DNA of 26,359 nucleotides, taken from contig JAYTHP010000195.1 in the NCBI GenBank assembly GCA_043732485.1, forward strand, positions 1-26,359, given 5' to 3'. Positions 16,648 through 25,686 of this stretch are shown here, in pieces. The notes beneath the pieces are model-generated. The model was not told the DNA's origin, made no database searches, and saw only the letters and a list, made by a program, of their open reading frames with translations. Source of the DNA: Oligoflexia bacterium. GTDB taxonomy: Bacteria > Bdellovibrionota > UBA1018. Within the stretch, counting starts at the first letter, position 1. Each line of letters opens with the position of its first letter. The position numbers were made by a program, and so were the translations under genes.

Positions 16648-17105
16648 GAGGGGGTGGGGTAGCCCCGGGCTTTGTTCAGGTCACTTTTTTCAAAAGTGGG
16701 CGAAACCTGAACCCACTCAAGGTGAGGGGGGCTTACCAAGCCCTGTGATGATCGACCTTCTTTCAGCTTAAGCGATTTGAGAAAAAATAAAATTGTGTCA
16801 AATCGGCGCGAAAATCAGCAAAAACGAGCTTGTCGTGCGGGGTTGCAGGGGGTGAGGGGGGGCTGCGACCTAGGTCATCACTGGGGGTTTTATGAGGGGC
16901 TTAAGGGACAAAGAGAAAGAGAGCGCGTGCGCCGCCTCGTAGTAGGCTCTAGGATTGTTTTTGCCTTTCAGGGAGCCTTTCAGTTAAGGTGAGGGCTGTG
17001 TTCCAGGCAATGACCTTGCTGAGAGCGGCAAACGAGCGGGTGTCAGCAGCCAGTGCTTGCACTAGGTGTTTATTTTAACGTTTTTTCGAAAGGAATTTGA
17101 GTCTC

Positions 17106-17630
17106 ATGAACGTAACAAGCCAATTAGGTAACAGCATCAAGGCAGCAGGAGGGTTCGCTGCCAACCCCCTCACGCTAAAACCCGCACGCCAAACCAGGAT
17201 CGCAGCGCTGCTGCTGGCGGTGGTGGTGGGTTCGGGTGTCGTGGCTTGCTCAACGGGCGAGCGCGCGCGTAATCATGCCAAAGAATCGGCTGCGCACTAC
17301 TGGCAAGACAAGGCCTATCCCGGGAAAGGCCTTGATATTCAAGTCGTCGACGCTGAGCCTGCCGAGGGGGACACCTGGAGAGTGAAGGGCATCGTGGACG
17401 GGGAAACTCGGGTAGGGGTTTTTAGCCCGACGACTGAGACTTTTAGCGAAGGGTATTATTCGCTTGCTAGCGAAAGAAATAAGAAAATCGCTGAGTTAGA
17501 GCAAGAGCTGAAGTATTGGAAGGAAAAGTACGATTCCCTGGAAAAAGAGAATTATAAGCTAAAAGTCAAGCTGGAGATGGACGCCTCACCGAGCGTCGGC
17601 GTCCAGGCACCAAAGATCCGGAAACAGTAA
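17106..17630 (+). CDS. hypothetical lipoprotein with C-terminal coiled coil
   Basis: Hydrophobic segment ending VVAC, and heptads KIAELEQELKYWKEKYDSLEKENYKLKVKL. Start is ATG 17106 or TTG 17097. Confidence 0.75.
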   Translation: MNVTSQLGNSIKAAGGFAANPLTLKPARQTRIAALLLAVVVGSGVVACSTGERARNHAKESAAHYWQDKAYPGKGLDIQVVDAEPAEGDTWRVKGIVDGETRVGVFSPTTETFSEGYYSLASERNKKIAELEQELKYWKEKYDSLEKENYKLKVKLEMDASPSVGVQAPKIRKQ

Positions 17631-17844
17631 GGGTTTGGGGGGTTCGCTGTTAGGTAAGGGTCAAAGCTGATTTATTGATTAAAATTTATATATATTTTCT
17701 TTGACGATTTGCTGAGTAAGCGCTAAGCCTAGCGGATGAGGTTGATTATGAGGAAGATTTTCCCTGCCAAGCTCCAGGCTTGTTGTCAGAGAGGTTCGCA
17801 TTAAAAAACAGTTCGCGGTTGCTCGCTTTGAAAAAGCAGGTCAG

Positions 17845-20800
17845 ATGGGCAAGCGGGTTGCGCTGTTCGATTGGGCGCAAACGCCGCTGTGTGACATTGA
17901 AGCTTGGCCGCAAACCCAGATCAATGCCATTAGCCTCTGCCTCCATTCGCCTTCTCCGATGCTGATGGTGTGGGGGGAACAATCGGTCACGCTGTTTAAC
18001 GATGCTTTTTTAGCGCTAGCCGCTGCGCAAAACACCCAAAGTTTTTTGCAATCATTGGGTCAGACAGGCGACCGGGTGTGGTCTGAATGGTGGTCCAGCC
18101 TAGGGCCTTGCTTTGCCACCGCGCTTGCGACTTGCAACACCTCAGGATTAGATGACGGCTTGTCGTTGTGGTTTCGTCAGGCTTGGGGGGCTAAGCGGTA
18201 TCTGCACGAGCCGTTGCGTTTCTCTAGTCACCCACTTTTTGATGAAGCCGGTTGTCCTCGAGGGGTTTTGGTAGGGGTTTTGGAGGGCCAAGCGCTGTCC
18301 GCTTGCCAGGTTTCACACTCCGTCCAGCGCTTTGCAGGCACTGAGGCCCTGGCGACGTCTGAGCCTGAGCCGGCTCTAAGGGAAGCTTCGTTGCAGCGGG
18401 AGCCTGAAGCCAGCAGCGCGTCGTCAGCATCAGCATCAGCATCAGCGTCAGCGTCAGCGTCAGCGTCAGCATCGTCGTCAGCATCGTCAGCGTCAGCGTC
18501 AGCATTGGCATCGGCATCGTCAGCATCGTCGCCTGCTGCGGGTGGGCCTGGTGGTTTGCCGTGGTTGCCGGAAGTGGACTCGCAATTGAAACTTAAGGTT
18601 GATTTTTTCACCAGTAACAAGCCACAGGCGTTACCCGGCGCAGGCGCGCAGCCGCTTGCTGCAAGCTCCGCCGCCAGCTTGCGCCCTTGCGAAAAAGTGT
18701 TGCTACTGGACTGCAGTGAGTCGCTCAGATTGCTGCTGCTGGGGCTGAAGCTTGAGGGTGAGCTTGACGTGGTGGTGTTGACGGCGGCTGAGCTGGGTGC
18801 TTTTGCAGGTGGAGAAGCAAATCGGGAGCAGGAGCTGATGGCTTGGACCGAGCGGGAGGCGCCTTGGCTGATCGTGCAAGGTCTCAACGCTTGCGGCGCG
18901 GTTGAGCGAATCCAGGCTTTGAAACAGCAGGAAAAAACGGGAAAGATTCCGGTGATCGCAATCAGCTTGCGGGCGGCTGTGGCTCAGCGACTGGCAGCGG
19001 TGCGGGCAGGTGCAGACGAACTTTGGATGGAGGAAGAGGAGGGGGTTTTTCATGAGCTTGCCGCAGCCCGGCTCAACTTACATTTGCGGGTGGGTGTGCA
19101 TCGTCGGGCGGCGCAAGGAGATGACAAGATTGATCTTTTTTTCAAGCAGGCGCCTTTTGCGCTGGTGCTGCTTGACGGCCCAAACCATGTTTTAAAAATG
19201 GCCAATACCCGGTTTAGCAACCTGTTTTTGAGTAAAAAACAGGACTTTTTAGGAAAACCGCTGGTCAGTCTTTTTCCCGAGTTTGTGGATCAAGTGTTTT
19301 TAGAGGTGCTCAATCAAACCTACCTGTCAGGTGAGGCTTACACGCGCAAAGAGCTGCAGTTATTCTGGACGCAAGGCGATGGCAGGAAAGCCAAATGTGT
19401 GCGGGATGTGATTTGCGTGCCGCTGCGAGAGGCCAATGAAGCCAAGGCGGAGAAGGTTTACGGTCTCTTCGTGCTGATCCAAGAGTTTCACGACCGGGTA
19501 AGTGCCAGGCTTGCGCTCGATCGCAGTGAAGCGAAATACCAATCGCTAATTGAAAACCTACCGCAGCTCGTCTGGACCTGTTTGCCGAGTGGACAAAACA
19601 ATTACTTGAGTCGGCAGTGGTTAGAGTACACGGGGGTGTCGGAGCAAGCACAGCTGGGCACGGGTTGGCTGGACACGGTGATTCATCCGGCTGACCGCGA
19701 GCAGGTGTGGAGTCGTTGGATGCAAGCGGTGCGAATCGAGCTGGAATTTGACATGCAATTCCGGATCAGAAGATTTGATGGCGTCTACCGCTGGTTTAAG
19801 GCGCGTGGGCGCTCGATGCGCGATTCTGAGGGAGCGGTGAGCTTGTGGTTTGGGACGTGTACTGATATTGAGGACCGGATTGAGATCGAGAGTCGGTTGC
19901 AGTTTCAAAGAAATCAGTTGGAAACGATTTTTCAGCAATCACCGGCTTCAATGGTTTTATGGCGGGGAGTTGATTTTATCTTTGAGAAAGTCAATCCACG
20001 TATTCAGGAAGTTTTTCACGGCCGGGAGCTGCTGGGTCGGCCGCTGCTTGAGGCTTGTCCGGAGTTTCGCGGGCAACCGTTTGAGCACATCTTGCAGCAG
20101 GTTTTTAAGACCGGCCAACCCTTTAAGGGTGAAGATTTTTTGTCATTTCACGCCGATGACTTAGGTGGTCCGCTGGTGGAGCATTACTACGATTTTACCT
20201 TTGTTCAGGTGCAAGATGCTGAAGGCAAACCTTACGGGGTTTACAACCACGCGGTCGATGTCACCGGGCGGGTGAATGCGGCCAAGAAATTAGAATTGGC
20301 GAAACAAGAAGCCGAGCGCACGAACGCGACGAAAAGTATTTTTTTAGCGAACATGAGTCACGAGATTCGCACGCCGATGACGGCGGTCTTAGGATTTACT
20401 GAGATTTTAAAAGATCCTCACCTCACCCCTGCGCAACGCGACGACGCCTTGGCGCGTATCGAGCGCAGCGGGCATGCGTTGCTCAAGCTGATTGACGACG
20501 TACTGGATCTGTCCAAGGTGGAAGCAGGGAAGCTTGCCATTGACAAGAAGCGATTTTCTCCGCGAGCTTTGCTGCAAGACCTGGCCGCCTCGCTGCGCTT
20601 AGTGGCGCAGCAAAAGGGGTTAAGCTTAACGGCCGAGCTTGCAGCCTCAATACCCGAAACCGCTTTTTCTGATCCGGGGCTGATCCAGCAGATCTTGAGT
20701 AATTTGATCGGCAATGCGATTAAGTTCACTTTAGCAGGCGGGGTGCGGGTGCGAGTCAGTGCTGAGGCCACTAATGACGGTGAGCAGAATTTGATTTTTG

Positions 20801-21483
20801 ATCTCTTTGATACCGGCATTGGGATCAGCGAGCTGGACCGCGAGAAGTTATTTCGCCCGTTTGTGCAAGCCGATGGCTCTATTTTTGGCAAATTTGGCGG
20901 AACCGGCCTGGGCTTAGCTTTATCCAAGCGCATGGCCGAGCATTTAGGGGGAGGCCTGTTTTTACTCGAGTCGCACCCCGGTCAGGGCAGTCATTTTCAA
21001 GTCAGGCTGGAAGCGGGGCCGTTTGAGTACCCGGCGTTGCAGCCCGTCACTCACCTTGTGCCTGCTTCCTTGAGCGTGCCAAAGGGGGAGGGTGCTGTAC
21101 CGTTGGGATTTTTAGTGGGGCGTCGCATTTTACTGGCTGATGATGTGGTCGATAACCAAGTGCTGATGCGCTATTACTTGGAGCGCGAAGGGGCGCTGGT
21201 TGAGGTGGCAAGCGACGGGCGGGAAGTGATCGCTAAAGCCTTACAGTCGCCTTATGATCTGATTCTCATGGATGTGCAAATGCCTTGGTTAGATGGCTTG
21301 CAAGCCACCCGGCAGCTGCGGGCCAAGGGTTATCCAGGCCCAATTTTAGCGCTGACGGCGCATGCCATGAATGAGGAAGTGGTTAATATTCGGGCAGCCG
21401 GTTGCAACGAGCATATTAGCAAGCCCGTGGCCAGACAGGCGCTGATTGCAGCCATCTTACGCTTTGTGGGAACTAAGGTCTAG
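17845..21483 (+). CDS. cytoplasmic PAS-domain hybrid sensor histidine kinase/response regulator
   Basis: N-terminal FDW-x-x-TPL...WP PAS-associated motif, a pseudo-receiver, three PAS domains, H-box ANMSHEIRTPM, N-box NLIGNAIKFT, DTGIG/GGTGLGL, and a C-terminal REC (ADD, LMDVQMP, SKP). Confidence 0.93.
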   Translation: MGKRVALFDWAQTPLCDIEAWPQTQINAISLCLHSPSPMLMVWGEQSVTLFNDAFLALAAAQNTQSFLQSLGQTGDRVWSEWWSSLGPCFATALATCNTSGLDDGLSLWFRQAWGAKRYLHEPLRFSSHPLFDEAGCPRGVLVGVLEGQALSACQVSHSVQRFAGTEALATSEPEPALREASLQREPEASSASSASASASASASASASASSSASSASASALASASSASSPAAGGPGGLPWLPEVDSQLKLKVDFFTSNKPQALPGAGAQPLAASSAASLRPCEKVLLLDCSESLRLLLLGLKLEGELDVVVLTAAELGAFAGGEANREQELMAWTEREAPWLIVQGLNACGAVERIQALKQQEKTGKIPVIAISLRAAVAQRLAAVRAGADELWMEEEEGVFHELAAARLNLHLRVGVHRRAAQGDDKIDLFFKQAPFALVLLDGPNHVLKMANTRFSNLFLSKKQDFLGKPLVSLFPEFVDQVFLEVLNQTYLSGEAYTRKELQLFWTQGDGRKAKCVRDVICVPLREANEAKAEKVYGLFVLIQEFHDRVSARLALDRSEAKYQSLIENLPQLVWTCLPSGQNNYLSRQWLEYTGVSEQAQLGTGWLDTVIHPADREQVWSRWMQAVRIELEFDMQFRIRRFDGVYRWFKARGRSMRDSEGAVSLWFGTCTDIEDRIEIESRLQFQRNQLETIFQQSPASMVLWRGVDFIFEKVNPRIQEVFHGRELLGRPLLEACPEFRGQPFEHILQQVFKTGQPFKGEDFLSFHADDLGGPLVEHYYDFTFVQVQDAEGKPYGVYNHAVDVTGRVNAAKKLELAKQEAERTNATKSIFLANMSHEIRTPMTAVLGFTEILKDPHLTPAQRDDALARIERSGHALLKLIDDVLDLSKVEAGKLAIDKKRFSPRALLQDLAASLRLVAQQKGLSLTAELAASIPETAFSDPGLIQQILSNLIGNAIKFTLAGGVRVRVSAEATNDGEQNLIFDLFDTGIGISELDREKLFRPFVQADGSIFGKFGGTGLGLALSKRMAEHLGGGLFLLESHPGQGSHFQVRLEAGPFEYPALQPVTHLVPASLSVPKGEGAVPLGFLVGRRILLADDVVDNQVLMRYYLEREGALVEVASDGREVIAKALQSPYDLILMDVQMPWLDGLQATRQLRAKGYPGPILALTAHAMNEEVVNIRAAGCNEHISKPVARQALIAAILRFVGTKV
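18412..18533 (+). repeat. TCAGCR hexamer microsatellite encoding poly(Ser-Ala)
   Basis: tcagcatcagcatcagcatcagcgtcagcg... in frame within the kinase. Confidence 0.9.
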
Positions 21484-21530
21484 GTCAAGGGCGGGCCCAA
21501 AAACGTGGCGGCTGAGCTGGCTGCAGCTGA

Positions 21531-21737
21531 TTAGCGCCATTCTTGATCTTGATCATCGCGTAGATCCCGTCTCAGCGAGTGTGCCAAGGTGAGATCTCTT
21601 GAGGCAAGACGTTTTAAGAGTGATTCGCGAAACTGTGGGTCGGCCACCCGCAAGAGCTCAAGCACTTGGGAGAAGCCATTGACCGCAATTTTTTCATGGT
21701 CCGCCAGCTGCTGGCTTGGATTAAAATCAGGGATCAT
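21531..21737 (-). CDS. small protein resembling a single FliG ARM-like helical motif
   Basis: NGFSQVLELLRVADPQFRESLLKRLASRDLTLAHSLRRDL resembles the FliG G-xx-AAEIL...ILE-L-xx-DPELA-xx-I pattern. AAGGAAGG SD and ATGA coupling. Confidence 0.55.
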   Translation of the reverse strand: MIPDFNPSQQLADHEKIAVNGFSQVLELLRVADPQFRESLLKRLASRDLTLAHSLRRDLRDDQDQEWR

Positions 21738-22231
21738 TTGAGGAGAGTTCCTTCCTTTTTAGCGGATTTCTTGGCCTGTTCGTGCAATGTGGCTGAGGCC
21801 TGTTGCATTTCCTTTTGGAGGTGCGTTAGTTTTTGCTCCGAGTTTTTCTGATACTCAGCCATTTGTTTTTTTTGTGCCATTTTCAGTTGTTCAAGCTGTT
21901 CTTGGCCGATTTGTTGTTGCTGCGAGAGCTGGGTGTGATGATTTCTTTGCGTTTCCTCTAACTGGGCTTCTAAGGCTTGCGCTTCCAACGAAATTTTGAC
22001 TTGATAGGCCTGACGTAGGTCACTCAGTCTGCTTTGCTGCCGTTCTTCTTCCTTAATCAACTCCTGCCGATGCTCAAACGTCAGCTGATCGGTGTCGATT
22101 TGATTCTTGTGCTCGGTGTACGCTCGTAGATTTCGTCGCTGGATTTCGTCGCTTGCGCCTGATGAAGTGTTGATGAGGCTTGCCGTGGTCATCGTACTTT
22201 TGATTATAGCTTGGCTTTTTTTGTTTAACAA
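21734..22231 (-). CDS. hypothetical Gln/Glu/Lys-rich coiled-coil protein
   Basis: Continuous helical, heptad-rich composition. Overlaps the next gene by ATGA. The start may be ATG 22192. Confidence 0.7.
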   Translation of the reverse strand: MLNKKSQAIIKSTMTTASLINTSSGASDEIQRRNLRAYTEHKNQIDTDQLTFEHRQELIKEEERQQSRLSDLRQAYQVKISLEAQALEAQLEETQRNHHTQLSQQQQIGQEQLEQLKMAQKKQMAEYQKNSEQKLTHLQKEMQQASATLHEQAKKSAKKEGTLLK

Positions 22232-22337
22232 TTGGGTAAAAAATTCCTAGGCTACCACGTCCCACCCACTGTCACCCGTCATAGGTGGGGGGGGGGCTGC
22301 GTACGGTGTCATGGGTGAGGTGTTGGGGTGAAAGCAG

Positions 22338-22366
22338 TTGTTAAAAAGCCCGAATCAGTGTAGTCT
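22338..22366 (+). promoter_or_regulatory. sigma70-like promoter of the ygfA-rny-ymdB operon
   Basis: TTGTTA-N17-TAGTCT. Confidence 0.5.
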
Positions 22367-22442
22367 TTTGGTCAGGTGATTGCCGGACTGCTGCCAAGCA
22401 TTCGCGGGTAGGCGGTCGGGTAGGGACAGGGCGGTAAGGTCG

Positions 22443-23147
22443 ATGGCTCAGCAAGACGATTTCCAAGCACAACAGTTCAGGCAGCGGCAGCAAGGTTTAC
22501 GGTGGGTGCGCTCCCTACCGCCTCAGGAGCGGAGTGCCAAAAGTCACTTAGTGGCTGTCCGTTTAGCTGAGTATTTGACAGGCGCGCTGCCAGGCTCTTG
22601 GCAAAATCTTGCTCTGGGAAGGGAAGAAAAGCCCTTGATATTGGGGAGTTACCAGGCGATGCCGGATGAGGTGTTGATGGAGGTGATTTTAACCACCGCG
22701 TTACAGTTGCTGCCTGCTGAGCTTCCAGTTGTGGTCTGTTTGCCGCTTGCGTGTTGGGGGCAAGCGCTGCGGCCAGGAAGGAAGCGCACGACAGCCGACT
22801 CGGGTGGTGCGGGTGAAGAGGGTGGTGACGGTGCTGGCGCAATGGAGTTTTTTGTGCAAAGGGGAGAGGGTGCGGCTGCGCGGGTGGACCCTCAGGATTT
22901 AGATTTACTTTTCGTGCCGGGGGTGGCGTTTGGCAGCGAGGGTGAGCGTTTAGGACGAGGCCAGGGTTTTTACGATCGTTATCTCAAGCGGGCCTGGAGG
23001 GCGAAGCGCATTGCCTTAGCCTTTGAGGGTCAGTGGCAAGACGGCGCTAGGTTACCGCAACACCCAGGCGATCAGCGGATGGATGTGATTGTCACGGAAG
23101 CGAGGATCTGGGTGGGTAAGCCCCGCACGCGTGGGGATGGTTTTTAG
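22443..23147 (+). CDS. ygfA: 5-formyltetrahydrofolate cyclo-ligase
   Basis: YQAMPDEV, DLLFVPGVAF, GERLGRGQGFYDRYL and HPGDQRMDVIVTE. ATG 22443 chosen as start. Confidence 0.9.
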   Translation: MAQQDDFQAQQFRQRQQGLRWVRSLPPQERSAKSHLVAVRLAEYLTGALPGSWQNLALGREEKPLILGSYQAMPDEVLMEVILTTALQLLPAELPVVVCLPLACWGQALRPGRKRTTADSGGAGEEGGDGAGAMEFFVQRGEGAAARVDPQDLDLLFVPGVAFGSEGERLGRGQGFYDRYLKRAWRAKRIALAFEGQWQDGARLPQHPGDQRMDVIVTEARIWVGKPRTRGDGF

Positions 23148-23190
23148 CGGTGAGTACAAGCGCAGTAGAGAGAGAGAAAGAGAGCGTCCA

Positions 23191-24252
23191 ATGACACAAA
23201 AATCACTCAAGCAAGCTGCTGCGTACGACGCTGAGCAAGAAGCCAAGCGGATCTTAACGATTGTCATGGCACGCCAGGCCACTTCCTGGGTATCGCACGT
23301 CACCACCGCGCGCGTGGCTTTAACCGCAGAACAGCTCAGTGCTGGGATGAAAGGGAAAATTGTCGGCAAAGAGGGGCGTAATGCGAGGCACTTTCAGGAG
23401 AAAGCCGGGGTGGATTTGCTGCTGAACGACGAGCCGCAGGCCATCGTGATTGCTAGTTTTGATCCTTTTCGCAGGGAAGTGGCGCGCGTGGCTTTGGTGG
23501 ACCTGATTAGGGATGGGCGCATTCATCCGGGCCGGATTGAGGAGTTTTTAAGCGATGCCAGAGTGAAGGTCGACCAAGCGGCGCGCGATGCCGGCTTGGC
23601 TGCGACCCAAGGCTTAGGTTTGCGGGATTTTCATCCTGCGGTCTTGCGGGTCTTAGGTACTTTGCAATTTCGCACGAGTTTTGGGCAAAATCAGTTGGAT
23701 CACTCGATTGAGTCGGCTTGGCTTTGCGGCAGTATGGCAGCCGAGTTAGGTTTTGATGTGATGCTTGCGAGGCGGGCGGGTTTATTGCATGATTTGGGGA
23801 AGGCTCTCGATCAAACGCATGACGGCGGGCATGCCCAGTCGGGCGCGGATTTTGCCTTAGCCTACGGTGAGGCGCCTGAGATTGTGGCGGCCTTAGCCTC
23901 GCATCATGAGGAAGTGCGGCCGCAATCGTGGTTAGATCACTTGGTGATCACGGCGGATGCGCTGTCGGCGGCTCGTCCAGGGGCGAGGCATGGCTCGACT
24001 GCGGTGGTGCAAGAGCGGGTGCAAGCGATGGAGCAGATCGCCTCGTCGATGCCTGGGGTGTCGCAGGCTTACGCGGTGCAAGCCGGGCGCGAGTTGCGGA
24101 TATTGGTGGAAAGTGAGCAAGTCAGTGAAACGGCGCTTGAGGGTTTAGCGCAAACGGTGGGGGATCGTTTGCGTGAGGAGTTGCGTTTTCCCGGGCAACT
24201 CACCGTCACCGTGCTCAGGGAATCGCGGGTAACACGAAAGGTGATGCAGTGA
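23191..24252 (+). CDS. rny: ribonuclease Y (KH + HD domains), N-terminally short
   Basis: KH motif MKGKIVGKEGRN, then FDPFRREVAR, DGRIHPGRIEE, FRTSFGQN, HD motif LLHDLGKA, ADALSAARPGAR and YAVQAGRELR. Alternative start at ATG 23137. Confidence 0.93.
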   Translation: MTQKSLKQAAAYDAEQEAKRILTIVMARQATSWVSHVTTARVALTAEQLSAGMKGKIVGKEGRNARHFQEKAGVDLLLNDEPQAIVIASFDPFRREVARVALVDLIRDGRIHPGRIEEFLSDARVKVDQAARDAGLAATQGLGLRDFHPAVLRVLGTLQFRTSFGQNQLDHSIESAWLCGSMAAELGFDVMLARRAGLLHDLGKALDQTHDGGHAQSGADFALAYGEAPEIVAALASHHEEVRPQSWLDHLVITADALSAARPGARHGSTAVVQERVQAMEQIASSMPGVSQAYAVQAGRELRILVESEQVSETALEGLAQTVGDRLREELRFPGQLTVTVLRESRVTRKVMQ

Positions 24253-25055
24253 AGCTGCTTTATTTTGGTGACGTTTTTGGTCAGCCCGGTCGGGCGGCGG
24301 TGAAGTTGGCCATGAGTCGGATTATCCCGGCCCATAAGATTGATTTCGTGGTGGTGAACGGCGAGAATATGGCCCATGGCAACGGGATTTTGCCTGAGAT
24401 GGCCGACGAATTTATTGCCTTAGGAGTGGACGTCATTACCACTGGCAATCATGCCTGGGATAAGAAGCAAATTATCCCTTATATGGCCTCAAGCACCAGG
24501 GTCATTCGCCCCAGCAATTATCCCGATCACCCACGTTTCCGGGCGCCGGGGCGCGGCATGACGGTCGTGCAGTCGCGCAGAAATCCCGAACTGCAGCTGG
24601 CGGTCTTACAAGTCATGGGGCGGGTCTTCATGGACGCGCTGGATTGTCCCTTTCGTGCCGCGGAAAGAGAATTAGAGCGTTTGGAGCAAGTGGGGGTTCA
24701 CTGTATTTTAGTCGATTTTCACGGGGAAGCGTCTTCAGAAAAGCAGGCGTTTGCCCACTTTCTGGACGGTCGGGTGAGCGCCGTGGTCGGCAGCCACTCG
24801 CATGTCCAGACTGCCGATGAGCGAATTTTACCTGGCGGAACCGCGGCTATTACCGATGTCGGGATGTGCGGCTGTTTTGATTCCGTGATTGGGGTGAAAA
24901 AGGAAATCTCCATTGAGCGCTTTATCACCAAAAGGCCACTGAAATTTGAGCCTGCGGAGGGGCCGGGCGGCTACGGCGCGGTGGTGATTGATCTGGAGGA
25001 AACCACAGGGCGCGCGCGCTCAATTCTCAGACTGCGCGAAGCCGTGGTGAGCTGA
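24249..25055 (+). CDS. ymdB: TIGR00282/YmdB family metallophosphoesterase
   Basis: GDVFGQPGR, NGEN, TTGNHAWD, VDFHGEASSEK, GSHSHVQTADERIL and TDVGM. GTGA overlap with rny. Confidence 0.95.
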   Translation: MKLLYFGDVFGQPGRAAVKLAMSRIIPAHKIDFVVVNGENMAHGNGILPEMADEFIALGVDVITTGNHAWDKKQIIPYMASSTRVIRPSNYPDHPRFRAPGRGMTVVQSRRNPELQLAVLQVMGRVFMDALDCPFRAAERELERLEQVGVHCILVDFHGEASSEKQAFAHFLDGRVSAVVGSHSHVQTADERILPGGTAAITDVGMCGCFDSVIGVKKEISIERFITKRPLKFEPAEGPGGYGAVVIDLEETTGRARSILRLREAVVS

Positions 25056-25058
25056 CGC

Positions 25059-25472
25059 TTAACAAGACCCCAGCTTGCAAGCGCCTGCTTTGCCGCAATT
25101 TCCCTGATCGCACGCACCTCCCCCACAACCGCCACTGATCGGCTCAAAGCTCCAGGGACGCTTGAGGCTGGCTAAAAAGCTTAATGCCTGCTCAAGTTGG
25201 TCAAAATGCTCGTAAGAGACATAATCGCCACTCAGGTAGGCTAGCACAAACGCTGAAAAACCGGACTGATGTTGTGGCGGCAGCGGCGTGGCGGCGGCGG
25301 TAGGGTCTTGCGACGAAGGCAAGCCATGATCGACAATGCCTGCAAGCCACTCCTCATCGATTAAAAAGCCCCGAGCATAGTTGGCTGCGTTCAAGGGCTT
25401 TTGTGGGAGAGCGGCTGTGACTTCGTGTGCCTGATGAGGGGGGGTGGGAGCAAGGGGTGCAAGGTCGTTCAT
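25059..25472 (-). CDS. hypothetical protein with Cys/Gly-rich C-terminus
   Basis: 137-aa ORF converging on ymdB, ending GGCGGGACDQGNCGKAGACKLGSC. Confidence 0.65.
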   Translation of the reverse strand: MNDLAPLAPTPPHQAHEVTAALPQKPLNAANYARGFLIDEEWLAGIVDHGLPSSQDPTAAATPLPPQHQSGFSAFVLAYLSGDYVSYEHFDQLEQALSFLASLKRPWSFEPISGGCGGGACDQGNCGKAGACKLGSC

Positions 25473-25657
25473 AGTTCTTCAGTTTAATGAGGGAAAGCCT
25501 GGAAAAGCAAGGCAAAGAGCGTGGGGGTCGGGGGATTTTAGGGTACTTGGGGGGGCTTTAGGGAGCAAAAAGCTTGGGGTGGCCCCTGCTTTTGGGTGGC
25601 GGGGTGGTCTTGCGGTAGACGCTGGCGCTAGTTTTGCGGTTTTTGCACGATTTCCAA

Positions 25658-25686
25658 TTGCAATTGGCCTTTGATTTGCGTAATCT
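25658..25686 (+). promoter_or_regulatory. sigma70-like promoter for tRNA-Ala
   Basis: TTGCAA-N17-TAATCT about 100 nt upstream of the tRNA. Confidence 0.55.

Noticed and set aside
16650..16830. 6S RNA or TPP riboswitch (CACC...GGGTTCA; ACCTGAAC)
   Set aside because: The complementary upstream 6S arm and the TPP GCTGAGA motif are absent.
18224..18887. Minus-strand ORFs with DADADA or LTLTLT repeats
   Set aside because: Shadow frames of the poly(SA) microsatellite in the kinase.
757..25674. Remaining short ORFs overlapping the called genes
   Set aside because: Alternative-frame or antisense shadows with no recognisable motifs.
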